Program-made: the position numbers and the translations under genes
Part shown: piece by piece, positions 49,312-60,477 of the stretch
How positions within the stretch are numbered: position 1 is the first letter of the stretch
Layout: each line of letters starts with the position of its first letter
The notes under the pieces: model-generated
Seen by the model: only the letters and a program-made list of their open reading frames with translations
What the model was told of the DNA's origin: nothing
The model's database searches: none
Source of the DNA: Mobula hypostoma
Taxonomy: Eukaryota
Assembly: GCF_963921235.1 (NCBI RefSeq)
Contig: NC_086097.1
Location: forward strand, 190,528,001-190,592,000
Length of the DNA: 64,000 bases
Direction: 5' to 3'

Positions 49312-50187
49312 TGTTACGAGAATACACATAAAATTAAGATGTTTGCTGGCCTGGGCTAGCATCAGTGGCATCAGCAGTTGGTCTGCCACCTGCCCTCAGG
49401 GGAAGGAGAGATAAGGAACAATGGAGCAGCGTCTGGAGATGTGTAATGAAGGGATGTGGGAGAGAGAGCTGTCTGGAGCGGCTCCCCCCTTTTGAACCCT
49501 GAACTGTTTGAAGTGATGGACAGGCGATACCCCAGCAGGGGGATAAAAAGGGACAGGTTCGCTAAGACAGGGACACACGCCACCCGAGGTAACGAGACCC
49601 TGGAAGCGATGCGCCTCTCACGAGTGGGTGAGAAGTACCAGACAACGACAAGGGTGGAAAGGTACGATCAGCGGGAACCCGGTGTGTGTCCGCCCTTGCC
49701 TGGGTGCCGGGTTCACTGCAGAGGATCGACCGCATCTGGAGGAGGGGTCACAGTCGGTGACCTCAGGTGACATCACCAAGGACCCGCCCAAAAGCTGTTT
49801 GTGAGCCATCTCGCTGGTCTGTGAGCCATCTCGCTGGTCTGTGAGTGAAGCAGTGTTCTGAATGATCAGTTGTTCCTATTCTATCTCTCTCTTCCCCCAC
49901 GTTGTCCATCACCATGGCAACGATTACTGCGAACTGAACTGGACTGAACTTTGAGTCATTTTGAAATTTGGTCATTTACCCCTAGACAACGATAGAGCTT
50001 GATTGGTGCTGTTATCTTAATTCTGTGCACATGTGTGGTTATCATTGTTGAACTGTTGCATTTATTATCCTTTCGATTACTGTGTTGCTCGTTTCTTTAA
50101 TAAAACTTTCTTAGTTCTAGTACTCCAGACTCCAACTGAGTGATCCATTTCTGCTGGTTTGGCAACCCAGTTACGGGGTACGTAACA
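49312..50187 (+). mobile_element. Solo LTR (876 bp)
   Basis: TGTTACG...CGTAACA; ACAT TSD at 49308-49311 and 50188-50191; GATAAAA near 49542, AATAAA 50099; 20-bp tandem duplication 49800-49839. Confidence 0.9.
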
Positions 50188-50559
50188 ACATCCAAATGTA
50201 GAACTGAAGCATCAACTTGAGCAACTACCTGGAGTTTATCTATGATGTTATGCCCAACATTTGGTAGGTGATTTAAAAGACATTGATAAGGATCAGTGGA
50301 GGCAATTCAATTAAATGGACTTGGATGTCATAACTGGTTCAGGGAGCTAGGTCTTTAGACTCGAGAACAGTATGGACTTCATGGATATTTAATTGAAGTA
50401 TTTAAATTTATGGTAGAACTCAATTGTATCCATATGGAAGTATTATTGAAATTAGATAAATTAGCAGAATGAGATGACAGCTATTAGATTAGCTGTCAGC
50501 AGGTTTTTCTTTACACATGAAATCAATGGCTTCTTGAATAATTGACCTGTTCATGCAGT

Positions 50560-52400
50560 TTTATGGCTCATGTTCAGTGCAGACTTTCGCCAACAGAACT
50601 ACATTCAAAACAAAATCTGAATATGAACTCTACGATACTCAACACTGTTGTAGCGAAAAGAAGAACAATACAATGATTAAAATTCACAACCGAAAGACTT
50701 CCTTCAGTCAGTTTTAAAGGGATTTGGCATAGGTGGATTGGAAACACTGGGTTCAGTTTTCCAAAGGCATTCACATTATTTTGATCTTGCTATATACATA
50801 CCATTGGATGCTGGCTATTTGTACCAAAGCAACACAGAAAATGCTGGCGAAACTCAGCAGGTCAGGCAGCAAATATGGAAAAGAGTGAACAGCCAATGTT
50901 TCAAGCTGAGACGCTTCTTCAGAACTGGAAAGGAAGCCGCATCCTGGGAACAGATGTGGCAGAGACAGGGTGGGAAGAGGTATAGTCGAGATAACCATGG
51001 GTTTATAAAAGATGTAGGTTGACAGTTTGTCTCCAGAGAGATCAAGAAAGGGGAGGGAGGTATCAGAGATGGACCATATCAATTTAAGCCAGGGTGGAAG
51101 CTAGAAGCAAAGTTGATAAAATTGACAAGCTCAGCATGGGTTCATGAATCAGTGGCACTGCAGCAGAGGAGGAGATGGGGAGTGAAATTGGGGAAGGCTT
51201 CGAACATTATGTTCTACATAGCTGGCAAAGAAGCAGGCATAGCTTGAGCCTATGAGAGTGCCCTTGGCTACCGCTTGGGTTTGGAGAAATTGGGAGGAGC
51301 CGAAGGAAACAAAAATGTTCAGGGTGAGGACCAGTTCTGCCAGACAGAGCAGGGTCCCCAAACAGTCCTTCCAGGTAAGTCAACACTTCACCTGCGAATC
51401 TACTACGATTGTCTATTGTGTCTGGTGCTCCTGATGTAGCCTTGTCTACATGAGTGAGACCCTTTGTGTATTGGGGGAACCACTTTGTCATCCAGTTCCC
51501 ACTCCATCTACTACAAGTGCCATTTCCCAGTGGATAAACATTTGAATTCTCTTTCCAACATGTCAGTCCATGGCCTCTTCTTGTGCCAAGAGGAGGCCAC
51601 CCACAGGGTAGAGGAGCAACACCTTATATTCCATGTGGGTACCTTCCACCTGATGGCATGAAGACTGATTTCTACTTCCAGTGAAAGTTCCCCACCCTCC
51701 CCTTTCTTCTATTACCCGCTCTGACCTTTCACTTCTTCTCACCTGCCTATTACTAACCCCAATCCTCCCCCTCCCTTTCTCCTATTGTCCACTCTCCCAT
51801 CAGATACTTCCTTCACCTGCCCTTGAGCTTTCCCACCCATCTGGCTTCACCTATCACCTTCCAGATTCCCTCCTTCCCCTACCGCACCTTTTTAATTCAG
51901 ACATCTTCCCCTTCCTTTCCAGTTCTCAAGTAGGGCCTCAGCCTGAAAGGTCAGCTGTTTACTCTTTTGCATAGATGCTGCCTATATGTGTTTTGCTCTG
52001 GATTTCCAGCATCTTCAGCCTTCACATTGTACCAATATCTCCAATGGTAAGGAGTCCAGTGGGTTGTTGACAGCAAGTTGGTTGCCTGCTTCTGATAGCA
52101 TTGGAGCTGGAGGCCGAAGGTGCTGACCATCAAGAGAACTCCAAGACTAAAGTACTCCTCTAGCCAGTTGAAAAGCTTTTCCATACATCTCTGGAATACC
52201 ATGCAGTACCCAGTTCCAATGTACATCCACAGCCCAAATCTTTTCACAATACTTAAATTTATCCACTGTTCTGTGCACATTATACATGCCAAGCAATGAG
52301 GAGTTACAGACGTGCTTCCTGCCACTAAGCAGACAATGTATGCAGTCATGACAACACTGCCATCTGCTCACACAAGGGCTGAGCAATGCCACTGAAATAT
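50560..52400 (-). pseudogene. Possible very old Gypsy RT remnant hosting the PLE
   Basis: WMYIGTGYCMVFQRCMEKLF resembles RMPFGL..A..FQRCME; LSVVNFNHCIVLLFA resembles LG.VNFY..FI..FA. Confidence 0.35.
50828..52026. mobile_element. Penelope-like (Neptune-like) element with inverted arms, RT and GIY-YIG remnants
   Basis: Minus: LAELVLTLN...QTQAVAKGTLIGSSYA, WSISDTSLPFLDL; plus: HFTCES.IVYCVWCS; TTGTACCAA TSD at 50819-50827 and 52027-52035; hammerhead motifs at 50888-50927 (-) and 51919-51957 (+). Confidence 0.88.
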
Positions 52401-52869
52401 GCAGTCATTTAAACAACTTCAAAACTGCAAAGACTACAAGTAAGATTCATGGCTTCTGTTAGCAATGGGCTGCAAGATATGGCTTATTTAAGAACAATGG
52501 CAGATTATCAGAGGTGATAATTCAGATACAAAATGGGCACATTCCAATGAAGAGAAATATGTGCATCCAAACTTAGAAGTACTGGATGAAATGAACATTT
52601 GACACAAAGGCCAAATTCATAACACATTGGAGAACATGTTCAATATAGTATATAGAGAATTCAAATAGAAAGGGAAAAAAAATCACTAGAAGGGATTAGC
52701 AGCCAAGATAAAAAAGAACATTTGCAAACAATAATAACAATTTACCAAAAGCTAATTTAATGAAACATCTCTAAAATACTAAGAACCTTTTTATATTCAC
52801 TAAGGAGATTGTACATTATTTATAGTGCTGGCGAGCAGATTAGAGGAACTGAACGGGATGAACCATAAC

Positions 52870-53010
52870 TCAATGGTGTTGCATTCTCACAGCATCAGTG
52901 ATCCAGGTTCAGTCCTGACTTCATGTGTTCTCTGGGTGGAATTTGCATTCTCAGGTGCTCTGGTTACCTTCCACATCCCAAATATGGGTTTGAAGTTGGG
53001 TTAATTAATG
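52870..53010 (+). mobile_element. V-SINE/HE1-like tRNA-derived SINE (decayed)
   Basis: ctcacagc...ggttcagtcc (B-box-like), gtggaatttgca, ggtgctctggttaccttccacatcccaaa. Confidence 0.65.
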
Positions 53011-53444
53011 GGGATATTAAAGGACATGTATGATGGAACAGATTACAGACAAAACAGATGTGCTGGTGGGAATGCTCTGAGTCAGAAGGTCAAGTGTGTT
53101 CCTTTTATGAAATAACAAAAACTATTCAAAAATAAAGATGTATTAAAATAGACAGCCACACTACATGTAGAAAAGTCAACCCTTCCATAGAATACATCCT
53201 ATATTAAAGAGGTAAGTGAGATTGGACACCAGAAGAAAAAGCTCTTTAACTTCACTGTGGAGACATCATCAATATAAATCTGCAGAGTTGCAATTACATC
53301 AGACTGACAAAGGCCATTGACCAGAAATATTAACTCTCATTCTATCTCTGCCAATGCTGTCTGACTTGGTGAATATTGTCCTTTTTAAAAAAATATTATT
53401 TTACATTTCTAGTATTACAGCTTTTATTTTAATTACTGAATGCA

Positions 53445-56068
53445 GTTCAAAGTAAATTTATTATCAAGGTACATATATGTCACCTTATACAACCCAGAGA
53501 TTTGTTTACTCAAAAAATCCAAGACACATAATAGAAAGAATGAAAGGCCACATCCAACAGGGCAAACAACCACTGTGCAAAAGACAACAAACTGTGAAAA
53601 TACTTAAATAAATAAAGCAAGCAAGCAGGCAGGCAATATTGAGAATATGAGATGAAGAGTCCTTAAAAGTGAGTCCATAGTTTGTGGGCATATTTCAGTG
53701 ATGGGGCAAGTGAAGTATCCCCTTTGGTTCAAGAACCTGATGGTTGAGGGGTAACAAGTGTTCCTGAATCTGGTGGTGTGTGTTCTGAAGCTCCTGTACC
53801 TTCTTCCTGATGGCAGCACTGAGAAAAGAGCATGGTCAGGCTGGTGGGGCTCCACAATGACGGATGCTACTTTCCTATGTGTAGATGTGCTCAATGGTGG
53901 TGAAGGCTTTACTCGTGATGCAGTGGGAGGTATCCACTACATTTTTTTTTAGGATTTCCTGCTCAAGGGCACTGGCGTTTCCATACCAGTCTAGTTGCAA
54001 CCAGTCAATACACCACAAATCCATAGAAGTTTTAGATGTCATGCTGAATCTTACAAACTTATTAGAAGTAGAGGCACTGCTATGCATTTTTGTTATTGAA
54101 CTTATATACTGCGCCGGGAATGATCCTCCAAAATGGTAACACAGAGGAATTTAAAACTGCTGACCTTCTCCACCTCTGATCCCACAATGAGGACTGGCTT
54201 ATGGACCTCTGATTTCCTCCTCCTGAAGTCACTAATCAGCTCTTTGATACTGCTAACACTGAGTAACAGGTTGTTGTTTTGGCACCACTCAGCCAGATTT
54301 TCAATGCCCCTCCTACAGTGCATACAAAAAGTATTCACCCTCCTTGCAGGTTCTTGTGTTTTATTTTTTTATAACATTGAAACAATGGATTAAAGTTGGC
54401 CTTTCTTGACACTGATCGACAGAAAAAGACTCTTTTGTGTCAAAGTGAAAACAAATTTCTACAAAGTGATCTAAATTTATTACAATTATTAAACACAAAA
54501 TAATTGATTGCACAATTACTCACTCCCTTTAAGTCAGTATTTAGTAGATGCATCTTTGGCAGTAATTACAGCCTCAAGTCTGTGTGGATAGGTCTCTATC
54601 AACTTTGCACTTCTGGACACTTCAATTTTTCCCCATTCGTCTTTACCAAACTGCACAATCTCTGTCAGATTGCATGAGAATTGTGAGTGAGCAGCCCTTT
54701 TCAACTCCAGCCACAAATTTTCAATTGGAGGGAAGTCTGGACTCTTGCTTAGCCATTCCAGGCCATTAATTTTGTTGTTTTTAAGCCTTTCTAATACAGC
54801 TTTGGCTTTATATTTGAGTTCACTGTCTTGCAGGAAAACAAATCATCTCCCAAGTCGCAGTTCTCTTGCAGACTGTTTCAGGTTTTCCTTCAGGATTTCC
54901 CTGTATTTGCTGCATTCATTTTACCCTCTACCTTCACAAGCCTTCCAGGGCCTGCTGCAGTGAAGCATCCCCACAGCATGATGCAGCCACCACCATGCTT
55001 CACGACAGGGATGATGTGCAGTATTTGGCTTACACCAAACTTAATGTTTAGTCTGATGATCAAAAAGTTCAATTTTCAGTTCATCTGACCATAGAACCTT
55101 CTTCCAGCTGATTTCAGAGTCTCCCATGTGCTTCCGGCAATCTCTCGCTGAGAATTCATGAAAGTTTTTTCCAATAGTGGCTTTGCTACTTTCCCATAAA
55201 GCTGTGACTGGTGAAGAACCTGGACAACAGTTGCATGTACAGTCTCTCCCATTTCAGCCATTGAAGCTTGTGATTCCTAGATTTGTCATAGGTCTCTTGG
55301 TGGCCTCCCTCATTAGTCCTCTTCTTGCACAGTCACTCAGTTTTTGAGGACAGCCTGCTCTAGGCACATTTACAGCTGTACCATATTTTTTCCCTTTCTT
55401 GATGACTGAATTAACTATACTCCAAGGGATATTCAGTGATTTGGAATTTTTTTGTGTGTCTATTTCCTGAGTTGCACTTTTCAAAAATCTATTCACAGAG
55501 CTGATTGGAGTGTTCTTTTACCTTCATGGTGCAACTTTTACCTGGATACTGACTCACCAGCAGTTGGACCTTCCAGAACAGGTGTATTTTCACTACAATG
55601 AATTGAAACATTGTGACTGTACACAGGTGATCTCCATTTAATTAATTATGTGACTTCTAAAACCAATTGGCTGCACCAGTGATGATAGGTGTATCATATT
55701 ATGGGGGAGGGGAATACTTATGCAATCAATTATTTTGTGCTTAATTTAGTTCACTTTGTGGAGATCAGTTTTCACTTCGACACAAAAGAGTCTTTTTCTG
55801 TTGATCAGTTTCAAAAAAGCTAAATCATCTCCACTTGTGATATAATGTTGTAATAAAATAAAACTTGAAAATTTCCAAAGGGTGGGTGAATACTTTTTAT
55901 AGGCACCACATATGCTGCTTCATCACCATCTTTGATCCAGCCTTCAACAGTGATGTTATCAGCAAATTTAAATATGGAACTGTAGTTGTACTTGGCCTGA
56001 CAGTATAAAGCAAGTAGAGCAGGAGGGTAAGCACACTGCCTTGTGGTGCACCTGTGCCTATGGAGATT
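53445..56068 (-). mobile_element. Rex1/Babar LINE fragment split by Tc1
   Basis: LAEWCQNNNLLLSV, VEKVSSFKFL, LPSGRRYRS; RT resumes after 55911 (GAPQGSVLT on minus). Confidence 0.85.
54316..55908 (-). mobile_element. Tc1-like transposon, IR/DR type, decayed transposase
   Basis: TA-CAGTGCATACAAAAAGTATTCACCC; roughly 210-bp TIRs with internal repeats; [32 protein letters not shown]. Confidence 0.92.
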
Positions 56069-56995
56069 GTTACAATTCTGTCTGTAAATTGGAGAGATAA
56101 AACAGCAAAAGTGCCTAAATTTGATGTCAGGAAATCTCTGGAGACGATAACTCTAGATAAAATTAACTATTGGAAGAAAGTGAGTGAATAAATGAGAGAT
56201 TGTGCTTAACTACCTTGAATTTTAAATTATTTGATAAAATAAATGAGGATTACAAGGAGGTTATATTGGAGGATGGAGTACACCTTGATTGCAATAAACA
56301 ACTGATCACAATTATGTGGGACAGGCTGGATGGATTAGTGGTTCTTTCTGGTTTATTAAGATGATAAGAACAAAAGAAATATGAGCAAGAGTAAACCATA
56401 AGGCCATTGAGCTTATGTTGTTGCTTAATAAGATTGTGAATAATCAGATTATCGGTATCAACTCCTGCCTCTTCCCATTAACCCTTCAAAGTATATCTCA
56501 GCCTTTCATATGGTTAGTGATTCAGCATCTACAACTTTTGGTAAAAAAAGTGCTATAAGAAATTCCTCCTTATCTTTAACTCTGTCCTTTATTCACGGCA
56601 GCTTGTCAAGCTTACTCAGAATTTTACACAATTTAGTGAGATAACCCTACATTCTTCTGAAATAAGTGCAGTTTATGCCTAATGCATTCAGTCTTTCCAT
56701 GTAAGACAACCCCATTTCCAGTAATGAGTCTGGTAAACTTTCTTTGAACTGCAAACAAGGCATTAAACCTTCTGTAATAAAGGGGAAAAAATGTTCATTG
56801 TAACCCAGATAGGAGTTTACTAATGCCTGGTAGTTGTAACATAATTTCCTGAGTGTTATACTTCAGCTGTCTTACACTAAACTCATTCCACAATTACTTC
56901 AGAAGACAAAAGGCATTTAGAATATGTCTGCTAATTCTCCATTCCTCTTATACCGTACATGAACACCCAGATCGCACAACATTCAACTACTTAAG

Positions 56996-57110
56996 CACAA
57001 GAGATTATGCAGATGCTGGAAATCCACAGTAACACATACAAAATGCTGAAGGACCTCAACAGGTCAGGTGACATCTAAGAAATTTCAGGCTGAGACCTTT
57101 CATCATGACT
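56996..57110 (-). mobile_element. Short PLE insert beginning at a degenerate hammerhead
   Basis: Minus strand agtc ATGATGA aaggtctcagcct GAAA, then the PLE terminus. Confidence 0.75.
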
Positions 57111-57719
57111 TTGTATATATTTAAATACTTTCCACCAAAATAAACAAACTGAAATAGTGCTCTAACTGCTGCCTTCTATCATACTCATTTGAACTGTTTA
57201 TTTCTTCTTAATATTAACTTTAAGTCCACCTCACAGCTTAATGACACTTCTCTTTATATCAGTAAACCTGATTGCAATACACTTGGTACCTTCTTTAAAT
57301 TATTAGTAAAAACTATAAATATCCAAAGTCTTAGTTCTGATCCCTGTGGCATTCTGCTAGGCACCAGAAGCCAATCTGAAAGTGACCCACTTCTCTCTAC
57401 GCTCTGCTTTTTGTCACTTAACAGATTCCACTTCCATGCTTATAATTATCCTTGATACCAAGGTTTTTATCTTGTGAACTTTTTGTGGGATCTTATCAAA
57501 TGCCACTTGGAAATTCATATATATAACCTTTACAATAGTTGCCACAGCATATCAACTTTTATTCTAATTTGTGGTCCACTTTTGCCTAATCTATATTTGC
57601 CAATTTTTCAATGCAATTGCTGATCAAGTCTGAGATCCTGGTTGCAGACTCAAGTCTGTTACTATCAATTTGAATTCACATATTTATGTGAGAGCTGATG
57701 TAAGCTGTGATGTCTGCCA

Positions 57720-58456
57720 AGTTCATGGTTCAGATAGTTTCGGTTTGTAGGGATGGTTCCTGGGAAAAGAGCAGGAAGTTATGGGTCAGATGAGGATGAG
57801 GTGAGAGAGAGGTCAGGAACAGTAAATGAAGATTTAGGGGAAGGAGCCAGAGTTCAGAGTTCAGGTCAGATTACTCCAAGGTCCAAGGTCAGAGGCCAGT
57901 GATCCTTAAAGACAGGAATTCTGAGGTGTGAGGAGCCCCAAGAACAAAGGCTGGTGATCTTCGAGGAGACAAGTCCCAGCACTGGAGGCCTGCGATCAGT
58001 CAGCAGGTCCTGAGGTCAGAAGCCCATGATAGTTGAGTCTGGGGGTACATGCCCAGAGGTCAGCAAGCACCAGTGTTGTTGAGCCTGGAGATCGAAGCAC
58101 GATGGTTAAAGCCCAAGATGGGTGAGTGTGGAGGACAGAGCCCAATGTCTGCAGTCTAGTCTGGAGGTCAGAATCCTGGACATGAACTGCCCTGATGTTG
58201 GAGGCCCATCTGTATGTGTGTGGATGGGTGGAGGGGGTGTGGGAAAGGAGTTTCTTTTGCTATTGTTGCTTGGTGTATATTGGCTGCATGTTATTTTGCT
58301 AAACATTGCAGGCATGCTATGCTGGCGCTTTTATGTTTGGTGACACTTGCAACCTGCCCACAGCACTTCCTCAGACTGTGTTGGTTGCTAATGCAAACAA
58401 TGCATTTCACTGTATATTTTGATTTGCAGGTGATAAATGAATCTAATCTAATCTAA
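57720..58456 (+). mobile_element. Non-autonomous non-LTR element with internal degenerate repeats and (AATCT)n tail
   Basis: Repeated aggtcag motifs 57785-58175; catttcactgtat...gataaatgaatctaatctaatcta terminus. Confidence 0.55.
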
Positions 58457-58612
58457 ATTTTGTCTATTTGTTAAAAGAAAACATGTCATTTTTGTTTATT
58501 TTGCCCATTGCTATTATTCAATATCCCCGGTCTCAAAGGAAATAGTTCTCTCTACCTTCACAATTTTAAACACCATCAAATTTCCTTTTCTGATCCATGG
58601 AGAACCATCCTT

Positions 58613-58723
58613 TATTTTCCAATCTATCCACATAAACATAGTCCCTTATCCCTGGAATATTTTCCAATCTATCCACATAAACATAGTCCCTTATCCCTGG
58701 AATATTTTCCAATCTATCCACAT
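58613..58723. repeat. Perfect 45-bp tandem repeat, about 2.5 copies
   Basis: Unit tattttccaatctatccacataaacatagtcccttatccctggaa at 58613, 58658 and (partial) 58703. Confidence 0.95.
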
Positions 58724-58904
58724 CTATGTCACCCATAAATGGACAGAATACTGCAGTTATTATCAACCGACTGTTTACAATAATCCACCATGATGTCCTT
58801 GCTGTCATATTTTTCCAAAACTATGTATCCGGATAACAAACTTGTTCTATTTTAACAGATATCCATGCATTGGTATTGTGTGTAAATTAGAAAGTGTACA
58901 AAAA

Positions 58905-59172
58905 TAAACTTGGTCGAGAGGCAGTGTTCATGGGTTCACTGTCCATTTAGGAATCGGATGGCAGAGGGGAAGAAGCTGTTCCTGAATCACAGAGTGTGTG
59001 CCTTTAGGCTTCTGTACCTCCTACATGATGGTAACAATGAGAAAAGGGAAGCCCTTGGTGCTGGGGGTCCTTAATAATGGACACTGCCTTTCTGAAACAC
59101 TGCTCCTTGTAGATGGCCTGGGTACTTTGTAGGCTAGTACCCAAGATGGAGCCAACAAGGTTTACAACCCTC
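58905..59172 (-). mobile_element. Rex1/Babar LINE fragment
   Basis: Aligns by eye to 6478-6730. Confidence 0.85.
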
Positions 59173-59379
59173 TGAGAAAGAGAATGTACTAAACATGAGG
59201 AGGGAGAGCAAACTAGTTTGGTTGTTCACAGAAATAAATGTTTGTATGCATGTCAGACTTTTGACTAATAATATTATGGGAGCTTGTTGGTATGTTGATG
59301 TGCCCATGTTAGGCTTTGATAGTCCTGAGGATTGCATGTATGCATGTTTATTCCCAGGACTTTGTCCTTGTGTCTGAGA

Positions 59380-60060
59380 TATGGAGTACAAGTGATTCTG
59401 TCAATTTTGGAAGAAAAGTATCAGAGGTACAGGAACTAATGGATAGGAAGAGAAGGGCACAGGAACTGAGTAAGTTAGGGCTGCCTCCACACCAGTCTTT
59501 TGAAGTGAGAGATTAAATTGGAAGCACTCACAGCAAGATCCTTCAGGTGCATTTATAAAAAGTGTGGCATTCAAAAGCAAGGTGCCTATGGTAAAGTTAC
59601 ATAAACACAGGTTAAGCTTCAGCTGAAGTGTTGTGGATACCACATTTTAGAACAGCTTCCAAGGCCTTGAAAAAGAAGGGGGTGGGGATATTTATCCAAA
59701 AGGAAGCAGAAGTGAGAGAATTCACTTGTCTAAAGGGGCTATGAAAACTGGGATGGTTCTTTAAACAAATGAGGTTAAGAGGAAATTGAAGTAGAACTGC
59801 TTTATTTAAGAGTGCTTTGACTGAGAGGGCCACCAAAATTTGTATTTATATAGAGCCTTTAAGGTGAGTTGAATGCCTCAATGCTCTTCAAAGGAACATC
59901 AAAATAATGAAACACAAGATGGCAGGAAGAGATGATTAAATATTTTGTCGAGCACCTTAGAATAGAGTAAATAATTTCAAGGTCATGTGGTAGGCAAAAT
60001 CCATTCATACTGCAATGAGAAATGATTGCAACAAGTGGGATGATGGAGGTGGTGTGGGGG
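59380..60060 (+). mobile_element. Very old CR1 remnant
   Basis: gcattcaaaagcaagg...taccacattttagaa...caaggccttgaaaa...gaggttaagaggaaatt. Confidence 0.5.
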
Positions 60061-60477
60061 AATAGCAGAAAGGAGAAAAAGGAGATGAACAATCAGAGAA
60101 GATAAGGAGAAATGCTTTACTCATCTTCATGTAAAGTCTGAAATGCACTGCCTAATCTGTTGGTGACAAGCAGAATCGATACTGACTCTAAGAAGACAAC
60201 TATATTTATAGTTCAAATGGAAAATAAAACAAAGGCCAGAGTAAAGCATAATGGGATGAAAGCAATACATTGCCCCTCCAAAGAACATTTGCAAAATGGC
60301 CAAAGGGCCTGATGCAAGATTTTGACCCAAAATGTCAATAGTTCTTCCCCCTCCCCCACCCCAACAGGTGCTGTTTGGCTCACAGGTTGTCAGTTCACCT
60401 CCTTCTGAATGTAATTCAGTGAGGCATACTATTTGTCTCACCATCTTGCCTTGATACTGGAAGACTGCAATCTATGC

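Noticed and set aside
58613..58723. CRISPR-like array
   Set aside because: Units are contiguous and identical with no spacers; eukaryotic context and no cas genes
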